From a virus (Duplodnaviria; Caudoviricetes): a stretch of 34,755 nt of DNA. Shown here piece by piece: positions 20,625-27,241 of this stretch (the first letter of the stretch is position 1; each line of letters opens with the position of its first letter). The notes beneath the pieces are model-generated. The model made no database searches. It was not told the origin of the DNA and saw only the letters and a list, made by a program, of their open reading frames with translations. Position numbers and translations under genes: made by a program. Location: the IMG/VR virus record IMGVR_UViG_3300023116_000150, positions 1-34,755 of that record, one strand, 5' to 3'.

Positions 20625-20968
20625 TGCCTGTCTCCAACCACCTGCGCCGTCTGCTGATTGAGACGGTGGCGGCGAACATCAACGAGGTGACGCTCGGCTT
20701 TGATGGTACGCCCGCAACGAGTGACGACGGTTCAGCAGGCCGACCCGCCATCACGCTCGTACCTGCGGTAACCATCGTTGACGATTCTTCAGTCCTAATT
20801 GAAGCAACCGTGCCCTTTGACGAATCGTTCAGCGAGTCGCTGCGCGAAGTGTACGTGCAGATGCGCGACACCGACGACTTCCTTCCGGTGGCACGATTCA
20901 ACATTGCACCCTTCACGAAAAATGGGTCCAATGAAATGAAGATTCAGATTGTTATAGAGGTGGAATGA
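20624..20968 (+). CDS. Small putative tail/baseplate structural protein (~114 aa)
   Basis: TGATG coupling (alternative GTG start at 20621). Beta-rich and acidic, lying between the hub-like and fibre genes. Confidence 0.55.
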   Translation: MPVSNHLRRLLIETVAANINEVTLGFDGTPATSDDGSAGRPAITLVPAVTIVDDSSVLIEATVPFDESFSESLREVYVQMRDTDDFLPVARFNIAPFTKNGSNEMKIQIVIEVE

Positions 20969-21438
20969 TGTTGCCGATGGATGCTGCTTGGGCTTTTCTC
21001 AAAGCCCCTGTGTATGACACAGGCATCCCCGGCATCAAGTTCGTAACTCAAGGTGATGAAGATTGGACACAAGACAAAAATCTTCACGGTGGTCTTCCGG
21101 GTGCATTCATAGCCGAAGGAGCGTCTTTTGGTCCTGAAGAAAGAGAAATACCACATGAAGCAGAACTTGAAAGAGATGCTGAGGTTGTTCACATGACTCC
21201 AAACGATTTCCTTCAAGAAACAGGAACAGATGATATGGGTAACTACGAGCATTATGTCAATCTCATGAGAAGGGCCATGGGTGGGGAAGACATGCGATTT
21301 GTGATGCCAAGAGCCGATTGGGAGTTCACAGACAGTCCTGTGGGGCATGATGGGCGTCATAGAATGGCAGCGTTGGCTGCACTTGGGCATGGTACAACCC
21401 CTGTACCGGTGTACAGGAACTTTTGAGGTGGAATGATG
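20957..21438 (+). repeat. 14-bp direct repeat GAGGTGGAATGATG (20957-20970 and 21425-21438) flanking the ParB-like gene
   Basis: Exact match read from the sequence. It comprises the RBS and start codons. Confidence 0.85.
20965..21426 (+). CDS. Leader-bearing ParB/sulfiredoxin-like domain protein (153 aa)
   Basis: GAGGTG RBS and ATGA overlap. Leader MMLPMDAAWAFLK. VGHDGRHRMAAL...VPV is the ParB/Srx DG.HR signature. Confidence 0.7.
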   Translation: MMLPMDAAWAFLKAPVYDTGIPGIKFVTQGDEDWTQDKNLHGGLPGAFIAEGASFGPEEREIPHEAELERDAEVVHMTPNDFLQETGTDDMGNYEHYVNLMRRAMGGEDMRFVMPRADWEFTDSPVGHDGRHRMAALAALGHGTTPVPVYRNF

Positions 21439-21906
21439 AAGCCAATGGAAGCGGCTTGGGCGTTACTTAAGCGTCAAACCACACTTGGTGAGTTTCACCC
21501 TGATTTCCCAAGCCCCTATGGTGAAGTCAATTACTACCATGGAACTCCAAGTACAGATAGAGTTTCATTCATGCGCACGGGTATTGAGCCGAGGCTAACC
21601 TTTGTGGACCGTGGTAAAAGGGGCAAAGCGGCATTTGTTACTGATGACCCTATGACCGCAAGAGCCTATGCAGGCGGTGATATACGTACTGATGATTTTA
21701 CACCGGGTATGATGATTGGTGTTAGGGGTGAGCCGGAGGGATTAGTAGGCGGTGAACAAGGTTACTTTCACACGCCTCAAGGCATACCCCCTGAAAGATT
21801 GGTGATGTTACCTAAGTCCTATCACGACTTAAGACCGGACAGGAAAATGATGGAAGAAATGAATGCATTGATTGCTGCCAACCCTGCGGAGTACGGATTT
21901 TTTTGA
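21433..21906 (+). CDS. Leader-bearing ADP-ribosyltransferase-fold protein (Tpt1/KptA-like, H-type) with a PIP-box-like motif (157 aa)
   Basis: GAGGTG RBS. Leader MMKPMEAAWALLK is followed by RQTTLGEFHPDFPSPYG. YYHGT...TGIEP...FVTDDPMTARAYA...IPPERL is a typical ART-fold motif series. Confidence 0.72.
   Translation: MMKPMEAAWALLKRQTTLGEFHPDFPSPYGEVNYYHGTPSTDRVSFMRTGIEPRLTFVDRGKRGKAAFVTDDPMTARAYAGGDIRTDDFTPGMMIGVRGEPEGLVGGEQGYFHTPQGIPPERLVMLPKSYHDLRPDRKMMEEMNALIAANPAEYGFF
21466..21522 (+). repeat. 57-bp dispersed repeat, copy 2 (encodes LKRQTTLGEFHPDFPSPYG)
   Basis: Matches 16372-16428. A more diverged third copy starts at 18682 (RQTTLGEHHPKFPSPHG). Confidence 0.92.
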
Positions 21907-21911
21907 GGTGA
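21905..21911 (+). promoter_or_regulatory. Archaeal-type Shine-Dalgarno GAGGTGA upstream of the tail fibre gene
   Basis: Lies 4 nt upstream of ATG 21916. The same motif precedes several other genes on both strands. Confidence 0.7.
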
Positions 21912-21915
21912 AACA

Positions 21916-24525
21916 ATGACAGGCAACCCACTTTCAGGCCACACGAAGGCCAACTTGACGCTGACCGGCACGGCTACCGCCGTTGATGGGCTGACGGACG
22001 GGGACCATATCCTCAGTCCGACCATGACGAACTACCTTGAGGGAATCCACGGTAACGGGATTCTGCTTGAAGAGGACACCGCGTACGGCGATAGCGACCG
22101 TGACGTGCCTGAGAACTTGCCCGGTACGTGCGACCAAGTGACGAACACGTACACGTTCCGCGTCACGGGCGGTACGGCCATCCTTGACGGCGTATTGTAC
22201 TCCTTTGCAGGCGGTCACGGCGGTAGCATTGATGTTCCTATCACCACCACAAGCGTACACAAGACAGGCTCGCCTACGGCCCTTACATCGGGTCAGGAAG
22301 CCCTCGTTGTGGTGTACGTCTCATCAGACGGTGGTACGCCCGACAATGTGTATTGGGAGATGGGTACGCCTGTCACCACGGCAAGCAACACCTACCCAAC
22401 CTCACCGTCTGCATTCCTCAACGCACCCGGCTCGCTGACGAACAAGAACACCTGCGTCCTTGCTACGCTGCGCGTCGTGTACAACGGCGCAGGCGGCGAC
22501 CTCAAGATGGAGATTGAGGAATGCAACGACAAGCGTGTGTTCGCTCGTCCGTCACCAATTTACTTCACTCCTGTTACAAGTGGCTCGGTTGCTGCTACCA
22601 ACGCAGTTACCGACATTGATACGGTACACTCCGGCGACGAAGCGGGTGACTTGGCGGGTAGCCGCATGGGTGCGCTATGGCAATCGTACAACGCTGACGG
22701 CGATTCACTCCTATACTACTCAGCCAAGGATAGCGGGGGTACGCGCCATACGCATGTGCTTGGGCCATCGGGCATCAAGTCCCTGACGCCAAGCACCACC
22801 ACGACGTTCACGTTCAATGAGAGTAATGTATTCGTCATCACGCCCACGGCCCCTCATCAGTTCAACCCGACCGGCACGTTCCCTGCGGGCCACACGGTCT
22901 TCGTGAGCAACCACGCAGCCCACGGCACCAACTCCATCACCTTCGACAACGGTGGGCTTGGTGCGGTGTTGGACGGCAAGGAAGCCGGTGTCTTCGTGTA
23001 CGACGGCACCAATTGGCAAAGCGTCATCTTCGCAAGCGGTGCGGTGTCGCCCAACGCACACGGCGGCTCAGGCTACGTGCAGTTGTCTGACGGTGTAGGT
23101 GGGTTCACAAGCGATGCAAACCTTACGTGGGCCTCAAGTCCTGCTGCGCTTACCATCAACGGCAAACTCAACGTGAGCGGCCTCATTGACCCAACCGGTT
23201 TGGTCATTGACGAGAAAGCCAACGTCGCGGCCACGGGTCACACCACCGCAGCAGGCAAAGGTTTGCTATGGGTCAAAAGCGATGCACCGAACCGCCTTTA
23301 TTTCACAGACGATGCAGGGACCGACAAGAAGGTGATTCACGCTACGGATAGCGTCACCGAACTCAGCGACGTGACCAACGCAGGCTCAGGTGCTATCATC
23401 ACGGTTAGTGAACGTAATTTGATTGCTTCTGCACTTCAGGCTGAAATAAATGACTTGACCGCTCATGTGGTGTGGGCCAACGTACCGGACGCCAACATCA
23501 CACAGTCGTCCGTTACGCAGCATCAAGGTGCGCTGACTGTTGACGATAGCCAAGTGACCGCTGCGGTAAGTGCAGCGAACTACACGCCCTCAGCAGCCAC
23601 CGTTGAAGGCCACCTGAGCGGCATTGACACCGCGCTTGCAAGTGCGGGCGCGGTTACTTCGGTGAACACGCAAACGGGCGCGGTAGTACTCGACGCTGAC
23701 GATTTGGCCGATGGCTCGACCAACGTGATGATGACTTCTGCCGAGCGTACAAAATTGACAGGCATCGAAACATCAGCGACGGCAGACCAAGACGCCGACG
23801 AAGTGCCTGTGGCGGCTACACCAACGAACTACACGGCTGCTTCCGCTGACGTTGAGGCTCACCTCACAGGCATTGACACCGCGCTTGGTGCCGTGTCTGT
23901 GACTGAGACGGACCCTGTGTTCAGCGCATCCCCCGCAGCCTCCATCACCAACGCAGGCTCAGGCCTCGTCACCACATCAGCCGAGCGCACGAATTGGAAC
24001 GCTGCCTACGGATGGGGCGACCACGGTGCGGCAGGCTACCTGACGAGCGCACCTGCCCCTGATTTGCTGCTCCTTGACTCCAACGGCGTGAACATGACGG
24101 CAGGCACGAAGGCTTCTTGGAATACGCTCACGAACTTTGTTGCACGAACATCAAGCGGAACTGCCCCGACCTACAACGCTACGCTCGGCCAAATCACCAT
24201 CAATGCGGCGGGAACATACGAGATGATTCTGAGCATCGTGTTCAGGAACGCAACGGCAGGTTGGGGTTTGGCGTGGTCTTCGTCCTACACGAACTACACC
24301 CGTATGTGGGTCACACGGGGAGCGACGACTGAACTCGGCCCCGTTCAAATGACGTATTCATCATCAATGCAGAATACTCTTGTGCGAGTTCTTGACCTTC
24401 AGGCAGGTGATATCATCACACCTGTTGTGTATTGGAACATGTCGTTCTCGTCAATGGAATGCTTTGAGAACTCCCCAACAACCATCGGTTTTCAGAATTA
24501 TTGCATGATTAGGAAGGTGTCTTGA
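21916..24525 (+). CDS. Tail fibre / receptor-binding protein (869 aa) with internal repeats and a C1q-like C-terminal domain
   Basis: GAGGTGA RBS. T/G/A/S-rich, with fibre motifs VTSVNTQTGAVVL, ERTKLTGIE and ETDPVF...WNAAYGWGDH. The C-terminus reads GQITINAAGTY...LDLQAGD. Confidence 0.72.
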   Translation: MTGNPLSGHTKANLTLTGTATAVDGLTDGDHILSPTMTNYLEGIHGNGILLEEDTAYGDSDRDVPENLPGTCDQVTNTYTFRVTGGTAILDGVLYSFAGGHGGSIDVPITTTSVHKTGSPTALTSGQEALVVVYVSSDGGTPDNVYWEMGTPVTTASNTYPTSPSAFLNAPGSLTNKNTCVLATLRVVYNGAGGDLKMEIEECNDKRVFARPSPIYFTPVTSGSVAATNAVTDIDTVHSGDEAGDLAGSRMGALWQSYNADGDSLLYYSAKDSGGTRHTHVLGPSGIKSLTPSTTTTFTFNESNVFVITPTAPHQFNPTGTFPAGHTVFVSNHAAHGTNSITFDNGGLGAVLDGKEAGVFVYDGTNWQSVIFASGAVSPNAHGGSGYVQLSDGVGGFTSDANLTWASSPAALTINGKLNVSGLIDPTGLVIDEKANVAATGHTTAAGKGLLWVKSDAPNRLYFTDDAGTDKKVIHATDSVTELSDVTNAGSGAIITVSERNLIASALQAEINDLTAHVVWANVPDANITQSSVTQHQGALTVDDSQVTAAVSAANYTPSAATVEGHLSGIDTALASAGAVTSVNTQTGAVVLDADDLADGSTNVMMTSAERTKLTGIETSATADQDADEVPVAATPTNYTAASADVEAHLTGIDTALGAVSVTETDPVFSASPAASITNAGSGLVTTSAERTNWNAAYGWGDHGAAGYLTSAPAPDLLLLDSNGVNMTAGTKASWNTLTNFVARTSSGTAPTYNATLGQITINAAGTYEMILSIVFRNATAGWGLAWSSSYTNYTRMWVTRGATTELGPVQMTYSSSMQNTLVRVLDLQAGDIITPVVYWNMSFSSMECFENSPTTIGFQNYCMIRKVS
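23578..23887 (+). repeat. Internal tail-fibre repeat (NYT...VE.HL.GIDTAL twice, 249-bp period)
   Basis: GGCATTGACACCGCGCTTG occurs at 23620-23638 and 23869-23887. Confidence 0.85.
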
Positions 24526-24692
24526 TGCGTACAGTCGAAGAAGCGATTATTGCCAATACGAACCTCACTCATCAGGAGTTCGTGGACTACCCATTGGTAG
24601 TGAACGGTACATACGACAGTTCGGCTTGGCCCCCATCGGGCTTCGGCACCGCGCCTACGCTTGCTCAGGTACAGGCTTGGCAGGCTGCGTAG
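24525..24692 (+). CDS. 55-aa protein, possible tail-fibre assembly chaperone (absent from the ORF track)
   Basis: TGATG coupling to the fibre gene with AAGGTG upstream. Hand translation: MRTVEEAIIANTNLTHQEFVDYPLVVNGTYDSSAWPPSGFGTAPTLAQVQAWQAA*. Confidence 0.6.
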   Translation: MRTVEEAIIANTNLTHQEFVDYPLVVNGTYDSSAWPPSGFGTAPTLAQVQAWQAA

Positions 24693-24837
24693 GCCAATAG
24701 TGGCCGCACTCGCGGCATTGGTACAGGTTAATTCGCTCCTGTGTTTCGTCCAAATACTTCGCAGTTAAACGACGTGGGATATGCCAATGCCCACATCGCC
24801 TGCACTTTGATTTGAGACGGTCAAGGAGTCTCCCCAT
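24655..24837 (-). CDS. Zn-ribbon protein (60 aa)
   Basis: MGRLLDRLKSKCRRCGHW...YQCRECGHYW has two CxxCG knuckles. The probable start is ATG 24837. Confidence 0.7.
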   Translation of the reverse strand: MGRLLDRLKSKCRRCGHWHIPRRLTAKYLDETQERINLYQCRECGHYWPTQPAKPVPEQA

Positions 24838-24928
24838 CGTACTCACGGTCCCAACAGTCAATGCACCAATCACCGTCAACCAAATGCTCCTGCAAGCATG
24901 AGCGACTACAACTGACGCAAACCGCCAT
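24821..24928 (-). CDS. 35-aa Zn-finger microprotein (absent from the ORF track)
   Basis: TGATG coupling to the chaperonin stop. Hand translation: MAVCVSCSRSCLQEHLVDGDWCIDCWDREYDGETP*, with two CxxC pairs. Confidence 0.6.
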   Translation of the reverse strand: MAVCVSCSRSCLQEHLVDGDWCIDCWDREYDGETP

Positions 24929-26424
24929 CACTCAACACCACGACGTGCAATGATATCGTCAATGCGCAGGATGGCGTTGGTGACCTCGGCTGCGCTCAGA
25001 ACGGCCTGACGCACAAGCGCAGCAGGCTCCACCACGTCGTCAAGCATCTTCACGCCACCGTTCTCCACGTCCGGGCCTGCAAGCACGTTACCGCTCATCA
25101 GTTCGTGGCGCATGGCGAGGATGGTGTCGAGAGGGTCGTGACCTGCGTTCTCAGCGATGGTGGCGGGGATGGACTCCAAGCCGTCAGCGAAGGCTTCAAT
25201 CGCCATCTGAGCGCGTCCACCGATGGTGCTTGCATGCGTACGCAGGTGCATAGCCATGCGAGCGTATGCATTGCCACCGCCCACAACCACCTTGCCGTCG
25301 CGCATGACAAGCGACACGACGCCAAGGGCATCATCGAAGCCTCGCTCCACTTCGTCAAGCGTGTGCGTCGTCGCACCGCGCAGAACGAGTGTAGCCTCGT
25401 TGCTCACATGGTCGTTCTCCACGAACAGGTACCACACGTCGTTGTGCCGTTCACGGCGCACGGTGGCCTGTGTAGCCTCGCTCGCGTCGGAAGGCGTCTG
25501 ATGGATGGTCGCACCCGTAGCACGGCTCAGGGCACGCATGGTGGACTCAGGAACACGCCGCACGACCATGATGCCCGCCTTCTTCAGCGCGGCGCACACG
25601 TGGTCGTTCACACCATCACGCACGAACACGACACCGCCGCTTGGCAGAACATCGGTTACGTTCTTTGACTGTGAAAGCAAAGCGGCGTTGCCGCCGGTTT
25701 TGTAGGACTGATACGACGCAGCATCCATCTGCACCTGCACGTTATCCTCGCTCTTCTCATGGTCCATGCCTGTGTTGATGAGCAAAATGGACGAGTAGTC
25801 CCCTTCATCAGACTCAAGCACGTAGTCCTTGTTCACGATGATGCCACCGTACAGGTACGAATCCTCAATGGAGCCACCGGGGAACGACACGACCTTGACG
25901 CTCTCAGCGTCCCCGCCTGCCTTGGTCACGGCGTCCACGCACAGTTGAGACACGGTGTCAATGGACGATTCCAACGTCTTGCCCGTGATGGCCGTACGAG
26001 CCACGTATGCGAGCATGTCGTTGGATTCCATCGTCACCTCATCGTCAAGATATTTCACCGCCATTTGAGCGGCTTCGTGGTAGCCACGGCAAATGACGTT
26101 GGGGTGCAGCCCCTTCTCAAACAGGGACTCGGAGTTCCCAAGCAGCGCACCCGCAAGCACGACCGTACTCGTCGTACCGTCGTAGCACAGGCTTTCCTGC
26201 GTCTTGGCAATCTCAGCAATCATCTTCCCGCCCGGATGCGACACGTCCAACTCACGTAGGATTGTCGCTCCGTCGTTGGTGACAATGACGTTGCCGCCGC
26301 CATCAACCATCATCTTGTCCATACCCAACGGACCAAGCGTTGACTTGACTGTTTCAGCCACCGTCTTCGCTGCCCTGATGTTGTGTACCTGTGCTTTGCT
26401 CTTGTTGCTATCTTCGCTCACCAT
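24928..26424 (-). CDS. ths: Group II chaperonin (thermosome subunit)
   Basis: STLGPLGMDKM, TNDGATIL, DGTTS, LRGAT...EVER, GGG..., VVEP..V..Q....A.E....ILRIDD. Confidence 0.97.
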   Translation of the reverse strand: MVSEDSNKSKAQVHNIRAAKTVAETVKSTLGPLGMDKMMVDGGGNVIVTNDGATILRELDVSHPGGKMIAEIAKTQESLCYDGTTSTVVLAGALLGNSESLFEKGLHPNVICRGYHEAAQMAVKYLDDEVTMESNDMLAYVARTAITGKTLESSIDTVSQLCVDAVTKAGGDAESVKVVSFPGGSIEDSYLYGGIIVNKDYVLESDEGDYSSILLINTGMDHEKSEDNVQVQMDAASYQSYKTGGNAALLSQSKNVTDVLPSGGVVFVRDGVNDHVCAALKKAGIMVVRRVPESTMRALSRATGATIHQTPSDASEATQATVRRERHNDVWYLFVENDHVSNEATLVLRGATTHTLDEVERGFDDALGVVSLVMRDGKVVVGGGNAYARMAMHLRTHASTIGGRAQMAIEAFADGLESIPATIAENAGHDPLDTILAMRHELMSGNVLAGPDVENGGVKMLDDVVEPAALVRQAVLSAAEVTNAILRIDDIIARRGVE

Positions 26425-27026
26425 TCCACCTCCAAGTCAATGACCTCCCCCGTCTTCGTGACGCGGGAGCGAATGTAGCCGTTCGACTTGCCGAACGTGT
26501 ACAGGTCGTGTGTGAGTTGTGCATCGCTCAGGCAGTACTGCGCGACCTCATCGTACCTACCTGCTCGCCATGCTTCAGGAGCATCGTGGCTGCTCATCAG
26601 TTTGGCATCGTCAAGCGTGTGCTTCACCAAGTCACCGAGTGACGACTGTACGCCACCCTCCACGATGAGGCCCGCCTTCTGTACGAGCATCTTGGTGTCA
26701 ATGATAGCGTCGGTCTTGCCGAGCAAATCACCCGCAGTCCAACAGTCGAGTGCGTCACGTAGGATGGGCAGGTCGAACTTGCGAATGTTGTGTCCAAGCA
26801 CCACGCCACCGCCTTCGACGTGCTTCGCAAGGTCATCCCCAAGCGTACGTGGGTGCAGGTCTTTTATTTCAGCCTCAACTGAAACGGCCTTGTTGCAGTA
26901 CACCGTGCCTTGCACGCCGTCCCACGTAGCGACCACGGACGGCTCAAACGAAGCGGTCTTGTCCCACCCGCCAATCTCGTACGAGTAGTTGGCAGTTTCA
27001 ATGTCGAGTGCGAGTACATCAGTCAT
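26418..27026 (-). CDS. DEDDy 3'-5' exonuclease, RNase H-like fold (202 aa)
   Basis: ExoI LDIET, ExoII GHNIRKFD and ExoIII YCLSD. Start reassigned to ATG 27026 (ATGA overlap). Confidence 0.85.
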   Translation of the reverse strand: MTDVLALDIETANYSYEIGGWDKTASFEPSVVATWDGVQGTVYCNKAVSVEAEIKDLHPRTLGDDLAKHVEGGGVVLGHNIRKFDLPILRDALDCWTAGDLLGKTDAIIDTKMLVQKAGLIVEGGVQSSLGDLVKHTLDDAKLMSSHDAPEAWRAGRYDEVAQYCLSDAQLTHDLYTFGKSNGYIRSRVTKTGEVIDLEVEW

Positions 27027-27241
27027 TGTTGCACCAACTCCCACTTCCTCATTCGGCTGCTTGCATTCTTGAAACAGGCAGGGCAAAGTAGGAACTTCCC
27101 CTCCACATCACCTGTGTCTTTGACCACTTGAGTGACACGTATCAACTCTTCGACAGGGAGTGGTTCCTCATCGTCGTAGTCCCAACACGCCTCGGCCATG
27201 CCGCCGAAGTACTTGTACCGATACTCACACCGTCTTGGCAT
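27023..27241 (-). CDS. Small Cys-containing hypothetical protein (72 aa)
   Basis: Coupled at both ends (TGATG, ATGA). Contains C...C and CPAC. Confidence 0.6.
   Translation of the reverse strand: MPRRCEYRYKYFGGMAEACWDYDDEEPLPVEELIRVTQVVKDTGDVEGKFLLCPACFKNASSRMRKWELVQQ

Noticed and set aside
16342-21471. Shared leader as a Sec/Tat signal peptide or class III (pilin) signal
   Set aside because: It has no basic n-region, long hydrophobic h-region or twin-Arg motif. It is short and amphipathic and ends in Lys.
16372-21522. Dispersed repeat as a template/variable repeat pair of a diversity-generating retroelement
   Set aside because: The differences are synonymous and not adenine-specific, and there is no reverse transcriptase in the window.
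16342-21906. ART-like genes as toxin-antitoxin modules or insertion sequences
   Set aside because: No adjacent macrodomain/ARH-type antitoxin, transposase or terminal inverted repeats are seen.
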